Assembly: GCA_047614125.1 (NCBI GenBank) | Contig: JBLHHI010000001.1 | Coordinates: forward strand, 1-63,296 | Reading direction: 5' to 3' | Origin: Bacteroidia bacterium | Lineage (GTDB): Bacteria; Bacteroidota; Bacteroidia; NS11-12g; UBA9320 | Length of the DNA stretch: 63,296 bases | Shown: piece by piece, positions 48,311 through 57,240 of the stretch | Layout of the letters: every line of letters starts with the position of its first letter | How positions within the stretch are numbered: the first letter of the stretch is position 1 | Translations under genes and position numbers: made by a program | The notes under the pieces: model-generated | The model's input: only the letters and a program-made list of their open reading frames with translations | The model's database searches: none | Told to the model about the DNA's origin: nothing

Positions 48311-49285
48311 CTACTCAATAATGGAGAAGATTGTACCATTCTGAATAATTTTTACCTGCAATGCAGATTGTAAAATGGAAATAACTTCCTCATTATCAGA
48401 GTTGTTAAAGTCAAGTGTCACTTTTCGTTCAAGAAGATGTGGAATGTCGGTTGTAAATAAAAGACCTCGAACACTTTCCAATTGCTTGAAGACGGTTTTT
48501 AATGGGACGTTGTCAAATTTAAGAGTGAGATCAGTAAGCAGTTTGATCGCTTCCTCATTTAATATAGAACGTTCGATCACTCCACTTGATGCGATGAATG
48601 AAAGTTGTTCACCTGCAATTAAAGTCTGAGTCTGATAGCCAATCTGTACTTCTACTCTGCCGGTTTTAACACCAACAGTTGTGGAATGATCGTCTGTTCT
48701 AATGAGAAAAGTAGTTCCTTTAACAATGGCCTTGAGGTGGCTTGTAACCACCTCAAACGCCTTGTCCTTATCTGGTTTTACGACAAAAAAGGCCTCGCCG
48801 TCTAAACGTGAAATTCGTTTAGACTTGTTATAATTTTTATCTACTTCCAACGAAGTAGCGGAGTTAATAAATACGTGAGATCCATCTTCATAAGCGAATA
48901 ACACTGATGCGCTTTCATCCACCTTTACCAGTACGTCACTCGTAAAAGTTTCTTTGGTTACTTGATTAATAATCAACACACTCGCAATTAAAACGATGCC
49001 AACTGCGGCAACATTTCTCCATGCGTTCCACATCGATTTTTTTGGTACGATGGATGTGATTTTGTTTTGTTTGGTTAGTGATTCAAACTGTTCGAACGAT
49101 GCCTTAGCATCAAAAACAAGTTCATCATTTGAGAAAACATTCGATGTTGCCATCCAAATCGCTTTGCACTCTTCAAAGGCTTTATTTAATGCTGCGTCTG
49201 TTTTTAACGCTGCATCAAATTCATCCTGTTCTTTGAGGTTGAGTTCCCCAGAGAGGCGTTTCGATATGTTTTCTTTATAATTCAA
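48311..49285 (-). CDS. FecR-family anti-sigma factor / transmembrane sensor
   Basis: 324 aa. The order is an N-terminal anti-sigma segment, one TM (VAAVGIVLIASVLII), a FecR domain, then a C-terminal segment (LKFDNVPLKTVFKQLE). Confidence 0.85.
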   Translation of the reverse strand: MNYKENISKRLSGELNLKEQDEFDAALKTDAALNKAFEECKAIWMATSNVFSNDELVFDAKASFEQFESLTKQNKITSIVPKKSMWNAWRNVAAVGIVLIASVLIINQVTKETFTSDVLVKVDESASVLFAYEDGSHVFINSATSLEVDKNYNKSKRISRLDGEAFFVVKPDKDKAFEVVTSHLKAIVKGTTFLIRTDDHSTTVGVKTGRVEVQIGYQTQTLIAGEQLSFIASSGVIERSILNEEAIKLLTDLTLKFDNVPLKTVFKQLESVRGLLFTTDIPHLLERKVTLDFNNSDNEEVISILQSALQVKIIQNGTIFSIIE

Positions 49286-49322
49286 TTAAATTTTTTCTTT
49301 TACCAATGCACAACCAAATGTT

Positions 49323-49508
49323 TTAGATCAAGCTAACCTGACCTTTTAAGTAATTTAACGTGTTTTCGTTTTGTGGACTTTCCCGCAGCCAGATGTTCAA
49401 TTCTTCACATTCTTCGCTGGTACATTGGTTGGTTAAGTACCTCAAAATCAAATTTCCTTGCAAATAATTCATAATTCCGGAATTGTACAGGTAGAACACA
49501 TTAACCAC
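49323..49508 (-). pseudogene. Orphan FecR-type N-terminal anti-sigma fragment (remnant or stand-alone micro-ORF)
   Basis: From the internal Met, the ORF reads MNYLQGNLILRYLTNQCTSEECEELNIWLRESPQNENTL. This has the same pattern as the first ~40 aa of FecR proteins, including the neighbour, which also starts MNY. It stops before any TM or FecR domain. Confidence 0.45.
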
Positions 49509-49560
49509 CTTCCACCCCTACTCTCATTTCAAATAATATTGTAAAGCGCTGATTATCAAA

Positions 49561-50043
49561 CTAAAAAACTTTACTTCTAAGATATTTCAACGCCTTCGAA
49601 ATTTGATTTTCAACCGTCTTCGTAGAAATATCAAGTAAGTCGGCTATTTCTTTATACGACATTTCTTCGTTCCTGCTTAAGTAGAATACGTATCGACATC
49701 GTTCGGGTAGGTTTTGTACCAAAATTTTTATCTTGTCTTCTAAGTCTTGCACTGCATGATCCACTTCGTGTGCATTGCTGATATTCAAATCAGCGGCTTC
49801 CAATTCAGTAAAAACTGCTTTCTTTCGGTTTGCATTCAGTGCTGAATTTTTAACAGAGGCAAAAAGGTAAGACTTCACCGCAGCTTCGCTTTGATTTAAG
49901 ATGAGTTTATCGCCTTCCCAAATTTTTAAAAAAACGGATTGAACAATGTTCTTAGCCTCTTCTACATCAGAACAGTAGAAATTTGCAAAGCGGCAAAGCG
50001 GTGCAAAAAACTTGAGATATATCGATTTAAAAACGGCCTCCAA
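49561..50043 (-). CDS. ECF-type RNA polymerase sigma-70 family factor
   Basis: 160 aa with a TTG start. It has region 2 (VQSVFLKIWE) and the region 4 HTH (SYKEIADLLDISTKTVENQISKAL). Confidence 0.85.
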   Translation of the reverse strand: MEAVFKSIYLKFFAPLCRFANFYCSDVEEAKNIVQSVFLKIWEGDKLILNQSEAAVKSYLFASVKNSALNANRKKAVFTELEAADLNISNAHEVDHAVQDLEDKIKILVQNLPERCRYVFYLSRNEEMSYKEIADLLDISTKTVENQISKALKYLRSKVF

Positions 50044-50135
50044 AGATTCTAGTTTCCTGCAAAAATGAACTTAAAAGTTGATTCCGCACATATTTTTTAA
50101 TCCATGCCAAGCACATTTAAGTCTAAAAATCTAGA

Positions 50136-50169
50136 ACAAAAAGCCCCGTTAGTTTATCCAACGGGGCCT
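50136..50169 (-). terminator. Rho-independent terminator for the T9SS-cargo gene
   Basis: The reverse strand reads GCCCCGTT-loop-AACGGGGC followed by TTTTTGTT. It begins about 39 nt downstream of the stop codon (50208-50210). Confidence 0.7.
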
Positions 50170-50207
50170 TGTTAATTCCTGAAAGTCAAATATTTATAAC
50201 CAATTTC

Positions 50208-51404
50208 TTATAAGCGCACCAGTTTTTTGGTAAAGCTCTGGCCTTCTTTTTCAAAGCGAAGCATATACGTGCCAGCCTCTAGATTTAAGGTGTTATAAGC
50301 CTTCAAACTTGCATTTTCAACCACCACTCTTCCGGTTATATCCACAACAGTTAAAGTAGTTCCAACAAGCGTTGTTCCTTCAATTACAACATCACGGTTT
50401 AGACTTGGGTTAGGATAGATTTTAACATCTTGTCCAAGATCTTCTACCGAAACATTTGGACTGGAAATATGGAAATAGAAGTAATACGACTGATCATAAT
50501 TATTCCAAGCATGTCCTGGTATGTAACGATCATTCCAAACTAAGCTGGTATAACGCGACGACCGGTTGGCCATTAATCCTGTGCTATAATCTTCTGACGT
50601 TAAAAGTGTTTTGCCATTATCGTGGTAGCGCGCGGCTTTAAAATGGTTGAGTTGCTTCTTTGGAGGAGTTTCCCAATCAAATTCAATGGTATCTCCATCT
50701 TCGTATGCATATCCGGGTATAAACGAAATAGTAGCTGCACAAAGTCCATTTGCAGGAACATTCATTCCGCCGTTTGGAACGGCAACCGTAATTACTCCGA
50801 AAGTTCCTTCTGAATAATTTGAGGTGTCTGCATCTGTTAAAAAATATCGCATTTCGCTGGTGGCACTTGATCCTTTATTTAACGTCTTGCTGTAATCCAC
50901 CGTTGCCGTATTGCGCTGACTGCTGGACAAGCGTGTTCTTTGAACCTTGTCGTCGTTGTAAAACTGAATAACCAACGTGTCTACCGAACCTGGAATTCTT
51001 CGACCATATTGGTATAAGAATGCAACAGAATCAACTAAGTACGGGTTGAATTCGGACAAGGCAGGTTGATCAAACAAATAAACATCATCTTTAGGGTCAA
51101 AAATTTGTCCAATGCTGTGGGTTCCTGTTCTGCCCAGCTGAACCCCACCGGCTCCATCGCCATATAACTGATTTAATAACGTATCCGGGAATAGGGTGGC
51201 ATTCGTAATCCTGGTGTAAGTTACCCCGAAATCTGCTGAATTTGAAATGAAGTCGTACCAGTCGGTAACAACTCGTTTTCCCAGTTTGTAAGGAATTGCA
51301 TCCGAAGATTCAATCAATCCTCGTTCCGATTCTAACATTTGCTGCGCACTTGTTGTTAGCGTTAAGCCAAATACAACAAAGCTTAAGAGTACTATTTTTT
51401 TCAT
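50208..51404 (-). CDS. Secreted protein of unknown function with a T9SS C-terminal sorting domain (paralogue of 22796-24139)
   Basis: I prefer the start MKKIVLLSFVVFGLTLTTSAQ at 51404. The C-terminal tail is VKIYPNPSLNRD ... GTYMLRFEKEGQSFTKKLVRL. Confidence 0.75.
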   Translation of the reverse strand: MKKIVLLSFVVFGLTLTTSAQQMLESERGLIESSDAIPYKLGKRVVTDWYDFISNSADFGVTYTRITNATLFPDTLLNQLYGDGAGGVQLGRTGTHSIGQIFDPKDDVYLFDQPALSEFNPYLVDSVAFLYQYGRRIPGSVDTLVIQFYNDDKVQRTRLSSSQRNTATVDYSKTLNKGSSATSEMRYFLTDADTSNYSEGTFGVITVAVPNGGMNVPANGLCAATISFIPGYAYEDGDTIEFDWETPPKKQLNHFKAARYHDNGKTLLTSEDYSTGLMANRSSRYTSLVWNDRYIPGHAWNNYDQSYYFYFHISSPNVSVEDLGQDVKIYPNPSLNRDVVIEGTTLVGTTLTVVDITGRVVVENASLKAYNTLNLEAGTYMLRFEKEGQSFTKKLVRL

Positions 51405-51453
51405 TCTATTTTTTTTCGTAATTGAGTGCAAGTTAAGGCCATCCATAATATTT

Positions 51454-51891
51454 TCAAAGGGATATTTGATGCATAGTAGATGTTGCTCTATTCGTTTTAA
51501 CCTCACTACCTAACGAGCGCACAAACAACTCTGCTTCGCAAAAAACTATGCTCTTTCCAGCCTTAACTACCCTTCCTTTGGCAATCAATTCATCTCCTAT
51601 TCCCGGATTTAAAAAAGACACATTTAAATCGACGGTAACTACTCCAAAGTTTTTTGGAACAACGGTATATGCAGCGAAGCCCATCACGATGTCGGCTGCA
51701 GTTGCCATTACTCCGCCATGTACAAAGTAGTTTTGCTGCAGATGCTTTTCCTCTAAAACTAAGGCCCCTTCCACAACACCCAGTTCAATTTTGGTCAGGC
51801 GAAAACCGACGAGCTTCATAAAAAATTGTCGGGTTAACTTTTCTTCGATATCCGATTTGAAATCGGGATTTAAACATTTAAATGTGGTCAT
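51454..51891 (-). CDS. PaaI-family hotdog-fold thioesterase
   Basis: 145 aa. It has the HGGV ... segment (QNYFVHGGVMATAADI) typical of PaaI/DUF4442 thioesterases. Confidence 0.8.
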   Translation of the reverse strand: MTTFKCLNPDFKSDIEEKLTRQFFMKLVGFRLTKIELGVVEGALVLEEKHLQQNYFVHGGVMATAADIVMGFAAYTVVPKNFGVVTVDLNVSFLNPGIGDELIAKGRVVKAGKSIVFCEAELFVRSLGSEVKTNRATSTMHQISL

Positions 51892-52208
51892 TCTTCGTCG
51901 TATAACATATTGTTGAGCGCAGTTTGCAATTCAGCCAGGTTGTGTTGCTCGCGCAGCCGCATCGTTAGCACAATGCCCTTTCGGTAAATTTCTTCCGCAC
52001 GTTCTTTATTCCCGAGCTTTTCAAAATACCTTCCATAGTGAAGATAGGTAGCAGAGTATTCGGGTTGATTCTTAATAAGTTGTGCAAAGATTTCTTGCGC
52101 CTCCTCCCCTCTTCCGGTCCCAATATATTCAATGGCAAGTGCGTAATTTAGGAAGGCATCTTGCGGTTCATTTTGCAAGAATTCTTTTAGCTGTTCTATT
52201 CTAGTCAA
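51888..52208 (-). CDS. Small tetratricopeptide-repeat protein
   Basis: 106 aa with two or three TPR-like units. It overlaps the downstream thioesterase start by 4 nt. Confidence 0.7.
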   Translation of the reverse strand: MTRIEQLKEFLQNEPQDAFLNYALAIEYIGTGRGEEAQEIFAQLIKNQPEYSATYLHYGRYFEKLGNKERAEEIYRKGIVLTMRLREQHNLAELQTALNNMLYDEE

Positions 52209-52235
52209 TGGATTTAAATCTTATCTTTTTTCGTG

Positions 52236-52243
52236 TAATTTTG
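52236..52243 (+). promoter_or_regulatory. Candidate -7 box (TAATTTTG) for etfBA
   Basis: It matches TAnnTTTG and ends 29 nt upstream of the etfB ATG. Confidence 0.35.
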
Positions 52244-52272
52244 CGGCACAAACAACTAAAGGTCCATATCCT

Positions 52273-53010
52273 ATGAACATATTAGTCTGCATTAGTGCAG
52301 TGCCAGATACAACTACAAAAATCACCTTTGTAGATAACAACACAAAATTCAATTCGGATGGTGTTCAGTACATCATAAACCCATACGATGAATTGGCCTT
52401 AACACGGGCTTTGGAGCTTACAGAAGCTCAAGGCGGGGAAGTGAGCATCGTAACGGTGGGCAACCAAAGTGTTGAGCCTGTTATGCGCAAGGCTTTGGCC
52501 ATTGGGGCACACAAGGCCTATCGAATAAATGCAGAACCGCTTGACGGCATGCACGTTGCTAAGGCTATTTCCACCACCTTAGGGGGAAATGGATATGATT
52601 TGATTTTAACTGGTAGAGAATCAATAGATTACAACGGTGGCCAAGTAGCAGGACTGTTGTCGGAATTATTGAATGCCAGCTTGGTTAACGTGGTTACTAG
52701 CATTGATTTAGAAGGCACTCAAGTAGTTGCCACACGTGACATTGACGGAGGAAAAGAAAAAGTTTCTTGCCCGTTGCCGGCCGTGCTTTCTGCCCAGAAA
52801 GATCTTTGCGAGCCAAGAATACCCAATATGCGTGGAATTATGCAGGCAAGATCCAAACCATTGGAGGTTTTAGAATACACAGAAGGATATTCACAAACGA
52901 GCTATGATTCGTACGAATTACCGCCAGCAAAAACCGGTGTGAAGCTCATAGATCCAAACGATGCAGGCGAGTTGATAAACTTATTACGAACTGAAAAGAA
53001 ATTGATATAG
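52273..53010 (+). CDS. etfB: Electron transfer flavoprotein subunit beta
   Basis: 245 aa with typical EtfB N-terminal sequence (VCISAVPDTTTKI ... NPYDELALTRALEL). It is immediately followed by etfA. Confidence 0.92.
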   Translation: MNILVCISAVPDTTTKITFVDNNTKFNSDGVQYIINPYDELALTRALELTEAQGGEVSIVTVGNQSVEPVMRKALAIGAHKAYRINAEPLDGMHVAKAISTTLGGNGYDLILTGRESIDYNGGQVAGLLSELLNASLVNVVTSIDLEGTQVVATRDIDGGKEKVSCPLPAVLSAQKDLCEPRIPNMRGIMQARSKPLEVLEYTEGYSQTSYDSYELPPAKTGVKLIDPNDAGELINLLRTEKKLI

Positions 53011-53958
53011 ATGATACTGGTATTTGTAGAAACCGAAAATAATTCGGCCAAAAAAGCTTCTTTAGAAGCAATATGCTTGGGTTATCGTTTAGCGGAAAAA
53101 CTTGGCACTACGTGTTCTGCCGTAGTCATAGGATCGTGTGAAAACGATTTGGGAAAATATGGCGCCAATACCGTTATCTCGGTAAATGGTAGTGGCTATG
53201 ATTATTTTTCACCCGAAGCATATAGCGCAGCGATAAGTGAAGTTGCAAAGAAAAATGGTGCAACAACCCTAATTTTTGCTGGATCATACTCTGGTAAAAG
53301 CTTAGCTCCAAAGGTTGCTGTTAAATTGGAAGCCTCGTTAACAACCGGCGTAGTTGCTATGCCCGAAGTTAGCAGTGGTTTAAAAGTTCGTAAAACATGT
53401 TTTTCAAATAAGGCTTTTACCGAAGTTAGCGTCAATGCAGATGTGCGCGTTTTGAGCTTTGTACCAAACTCATTTGAAGTGGTAGAACAAGATGTTGCGG
53501 CAACTTCAGAAAGCTTTGCCTATGATGCAGAGTTGAGAACCAAATCGTTGGGCATTGATGTTGTAAAGGGAAAGATTCCTTTAACTGAGGCAGAATTGGT
53601 CGTTTCGGCAGGAAGAGGTTTAAAAGGACCAGAAAACTGGGGTATGATCGAAGAGTTGGCTGACCTTTTGGGAGCAGCAACGGCTTGTTCAAAACCAGTG
53701 AGCGACATGGGTTGGAGACCACACAGCGAACACGTTGGCCAAACTGGAATTACTATAAAACCAAATCTGTACATTGCAATCGGAATTTCGGGAGCAATAC
53801 AACATTTAGCTGGAGTTAGCAGCAGCAAGGTAATTTGTGTCATCAACACAGACCCAGAGGCACCTTTCTTTAAGGCGGCTGATTATGGCATTGTTGGAGA
53901 TGCTTTTGAAGTAGTACCTAAACTGATAGCTCAAGTAAAAGCGCTACAAGCGAGTTAA
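53011..53958 (+). CDS. etfA: Electron transfer flavoprotein subunit alpha
   Basis: 315 aa. It has the FAD-binding C-terminal signature (GQTG ... PNLYIAIGISGAIQHLAG). Confidence 0.92.
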   Translation: MILVFVETENNSAKKASLEAICLGYRLAEKLGTTCSAVVIGSCENDLGKYGANTVISVNGSGYDYFSPEAYSAAISEVAKKNGATTLIFAGSYSGKSLAPKVAVKLEASLTTGVVAMPEVSSGLKVRKTCFSNKAFTEVSVNADVRVLSFVPNSFEVVEQDVAATSESFAYDAELRTKSLGIDVVKGKIPLTEAELVVSAGRGLKGPENWGMIEELADLLGAATACSKPVSDMGWRPHSEHVGQTGITIKPNLYIAIGISGAIQHLAGVSSSKVICVINTDPEAPFFKAADYGIVGDAFEVVPKLIAQVKALQAS

Positions 53959-53970
53959 GCGTACAAAATC

Positions 53971-54567
53971 ATGCAAAAAATAGAACTGGAAATAGCTGGC
54001 CTAGCCCCTGGGCATTCAAGTAAAAACAACTCGTATACGTTGATTTTGACTGAGAAGAATGGTACGCGTAAACTTCCAGTTGTTATTGGAGCCTTTGAGG
54101 CTCAAGCCATTGCGCTTGTATTGGAGGAAATTAAACCGCAGCGCCCGCTTACACACGACTTAATAAAAAACTTGGCTGAAACCTTCCACATCGATGTATT
54201 GGAGGTATATATTTCTGCCTTGGTGGAAGGAGTATTTTACTCCAGAATTAAGTGTTTAATGAACGATTTTCAAGCAGAAGTGGATGCCCGTACCAGCGAT
54301 GCAATTGCACTGGCGGTCCGTTTTCATTGTCCAATATACGTCAGTGAGACCATCATGAATCAAGCTGGCATTACAGAATCTGATGAAGTGGAACAAGAAC
54401 CGGAGCGTCCGGTTTCGGAAGAAGAATTATTCATCGAAATTGGCAAAGCCCATGATTTTTCAAACTTGGCAAAAACGGAGTTAGAAAAACTGCTTGAAGA
54501 GGCCATTCGGCTCGAAGATTATGCCAAAGCTGCCCAAATTCGAGATGAAATAAACAGTCGTCTATAG
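53971..54567 (+). CDS. Bifunctional nuclease family protein with a C-terminal UVR motif
   Basis: 198 aa with a DUF151-like core (LPVVIGAFEAQAIA ... RPLTHDL). The C-terminal EDYAKAAQIRDEI is a UvrB/C-type motif. Confidence 0.8.
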   Translation: MQKIELEIAGLAPGHSSKNNSYTLILTEKNGTRKLPVVIGAFEAQAIALVLEEIKPQRPLTHDLIKNLAETFHIDVLEVYISALVEGVFYSRIKCLMNDFQAEVDARTSDAIALAVRFHCPIYVSETIMNQAGITESDEVEQEPERPVSEEELFIEIGKAHDFSNLAKTELEKLLEEAIRLEDYAKAAQIRDEINSRL

Positions 54568-54608
54568 AATTTTATTCCACTATTCTTTCGCGATTATACG
54601 TAACTTTT

Positions 54609-55319
54609 TTAGAGCTTTTTTTCTTCAGTCTCTATTAACTTTCTAAAAGCTTCCATATAATTCAAACCCTTAGGAACGTATTCCTTGTGAAACGTTTTAG
54701 GTGGCCCCAGCTTCGGGTAATTTCGTCCTGTATTGTGGTAGTGAAATGCATCTTTATAACGTCCCTCCTTTAGGAGCAAACCATAACTTTTAGAAATCCA
54801 CCGAATGGCATGTTTCAAATTATCTCGCCCCTTTAGGGTCTCAATGCTAATGTCGATCTCAAAACACTTATAGCCCATTATTTGCAAAGGTCCCCAACTG
54901 CTGGCCAAATCGCGTAAAGCCGGCACATTGTATTGCTTAATTCGCTGATAATTAACGTATTCGTAGTTGTTCAACTTTCCAGCACTTACTTTTTCTAACT
55001 TTTCGTAAACATGGGGCTCAAATCGATGTGGAACCAGTTTTCGACCAGAAGATTCTAAGGCAATTACGGATAAAACATATGCAACATCAATCTCATACTC
55101 GGAAGTCAAAAGCTTTACTTGATCGAAGTAGTTCTGAAAGGTAAGGTCCACTATATGAGAGCTTACCCGAGTTGATTCACGCCTAAAGTAATCATTTTGT
55201 TGGAGCACCAATATGCCAAATAGCACAGAAACCGCAACTAATAAGCTTGCAGCACTCCAATTTTTTTTAATCGATTTAACCCAAGAATTATTCAAGTAAT
55301 CGACGAAGTATTTTACCAA
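54609..55319 (-). CDS. Membrane-anchored N-acetylmuramidase-like (DUF3380-like) cell-wall hydrolase
   Basis: 236 aa with an N-terminal TM (AASLLVAVSVLFGILVL). It has ALESSGR ... RFEPHVY ... SWGPLQIMGY segments resembling the DUF3380 muramidase family. Its start overlaps the fadD 3' end by 32 nt. Confidence 0.6.
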   Translation of the reverse strand: MVKYFVDYLNNSWVKSIKKNWSAASLLVAVSVLFGILVLQQNDYFRRESTRVSSHIVDLTFQNYFDQVKLLTSEYEIDVAYVLSVIALESSGRKLVPHRFEPHVYEKLEKVSAGKLNNYEYVNYQRIKQYNVPALRDLASSWGPLQIMGYKCFEIDISIETLKGRDNLKHAIRWISKSYGLLLKEGRYKDAFHYHNTGRNYPKLGPPKTFHKEYVPKGLNYMEAFRKLIETEEKKL

Positions 55320-56943
55320 CGTTCGATTTAGGCAACTCGTCTCTAAAAACTACCTTTTTGGGCACTTTGTATGCCGTCAAGTTTATTCGGCAAAATTCAA
55401 TGACATCGTTTTCCGTTAAACTTGGGTCCTTCTTAACAACAAAAGCCATTACCAACTCATTTCCATGCTTGTCTTTATCGCCTCGAACACCTACTTCTAA
55501 AACACCCGGATGCAAGGCAATGGCATTTTCAACATCGTTCGGAAATACCTTTAAACCTGAAACGTTGATCATTTCTTTTTTGCGGTCAACAATCTTAAAA
55601 AAGCCATCTTCCTTCATGATGCCTATGTCGCCAGTCATAAAATATCCGTCCCTAAAACATGCGTTGTTTTCCGCCGGCTTATTCCAATACCCTTTCATCA
55701 CCTGTGGGCCTTTAATGCCTATCTCACCGGGTTCTCCTATGGGTACTTCTCTGCCATCATCATCAAAAATAGTAAGTACAGTGCTGGGCATTGGCAAACC
55801 TATGGAACCGCGTTGATGGGTTCCATCCACTGGATTTATCGTTGCTGCAGGGCTGGTTTCAGAAAGTCCGTACGCTTCTAATATGGGGCTGTTGGTCAAC
55901 TTCTCCCATCGATCTGCTACCATATCCTGAACAGCCATTCCACCACCTAAAGCAAGTTTTAAGCCCGAGAAATCTAATTCTTGAAAGGCCTTCTGATTCA
56001 TCAAACCATTAAACAAGGTATTGACCCCAGTAATGATGCTGAACGGATTTTTGCTTAAATCTTTGCAAAACGACTTCATGTCGCGAGGGTTGGTTATCAA
56101 TATGTTTTTTGCTCCATATCTAAAAAACACAATGCAATTGGCCGTTAACGCAAAAATATGGTACAGTGGCAATGCCGTTATAATCGTTTCTTTCCCTTCT
56201 TCGAACATGCTCGCAATCCAGGCTTCCACTTGAATTACGTTTGCGCAAATGTTGCCATGCGTTAAGGTTGCTCCTTTTGAAGGCCCCGTAGTTCCTCCAG
56301 TATATTGTAGAAAAGCATCATCACTCAGCTTAAGCGGAACATCAACATTTGACTTGCCCAGCCCTTCAGCCAGACAAGATTTAAAAGCGATGGCGCTGGG
56401 AAGCTGATACGCCGGCACCATTTTTTTAATGTTTTTAACAACAAAATTTACGATGCCCCCTTTTAAGCCACCCAACATGTCGCCGATTCGACTAACAATA
56501 ACCGTTTCAATATCGGTTTGATCCAAGATAGGCTGGAGGTTGCATGCGAAGTTTTCAAGTATAATGATGGCCTTTGCACCCGAATCTTTGTACTGATGCA
56601 ACATCTCGCTTGAAGTATACAGAGGATTCGTATTTACCAAAACAAGCCCAGCCTTTAAACAGGCAAAAATGGCGACTGGAAATTGGAGCAAATTGGGCAT
56701 TTGAAGCGCAATTCGATCTCCTTTTTTTAGGTTTGTTTTATTTTGAATGTACCATACTAGTGCGTTCACCTGAACATCTAACTCGTTAAATGTTAGATCT
56801 TTATCCATGTTTTTATAGGCAACTTTATTGCCGTATTTCGTTATGGATTGGTTGTAAATATCTACAACGCTGGTATAAATCTCAACATCAACCGTTTCGG
56901 GTACAAAACTTGGGTAACTCTTATGCCAAAGATAATTGCTCAT
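55288..56943 (-). CDS. fadD: Long-chain-fatty-acid--CoA ligase
   Basis: 551 aa. It has the AMP-binding motif YTGGTTGPSKGA, and GEIGIKGPQVMKGYW. Confidence 0.9.
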   Translation of the reverse strand: MSNYLWHKSYPSFVPETVDVEIYTSVVDIYNQSITKYGNKVAYKNMDKDLTFNELDVQVNALVWYIQNKTNLKKGDRIALQMPNLLQFPVAIFACLKAGLVLVNTNPLYTSSEMLHQYKDSGAKAIIILENFACNLQPILDQTDIETVIVSRIGDMLGGLKGGIVNFVVKNIKKMVPAYQLPSAIAFKSCLAEGLGKSNVDVPLKLSDDAFLQYTGGTTGPSKGATLTHGNICANVIQVEAWIASMFEEGKETIITALPLYHIFALTANCIVFFRYGAKNILITNPRDMKSFCKDLSKNPFSIITGVNTLFNGLMNQKAFQELDFSGLKLALGGGMAVQDMVADRWEKLTNSPILEAYGLSETSPAATINPVDGTHQRGSIGLPMPSTVLTIFDDDGREVPIGEPGEIGIKGPQVMKGYWNKPAENNACFRDGYFMTGDIGIMKEDGFFKIVDRKKEMINVSGLKVFPNDVENAIALHPGVLEVGVRGDKDKHGNELVMAFVVKKDPSLTENDVIEFCRINLTAYKVPKKVVFRDELPKSNVGKILRRLLE

Positions 56944-57014
56944 GGTTTCTTTATTTTCCGTAAAAATAGAAAAGAAAAATCAAATTCAGACCGCTCCTGA
57001 ATTTAAATCAAATA

Positions 57015-57052
57015 CTATTAACCTGAGTTCGATTAATCTTTTCAAATTCAGA
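57015..57052 (+). repeat. Left arm of a 273-bp inverted-repeat-bounded unit (repeat family also at 33276 and 5710)
   Basis: CTATTAACCTGAGTTCGATTAATCTTTTCAAATTCAGA. The reverse complement of 57251-57287 differs by 4 mismatches and 1 indel. Confidence 0.75.
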
Positions 57053-57240
57053 TTTGTATAGAACCCAAGTAGTAAGGCGAAAACAGGAAGGTTTATGTTT
57101 ATAAACCGACTGATTTCAACGAAGCTAATAGGGTTTTATATACAAAAGTCCGCTTTACACTTTTGAAAAGCGATTTTCATCGTAAAAATTACTCGAAAGG
57201 GCCCGCCCTGTCTTCGCAATTTTTACTCGAAACTCACTGT

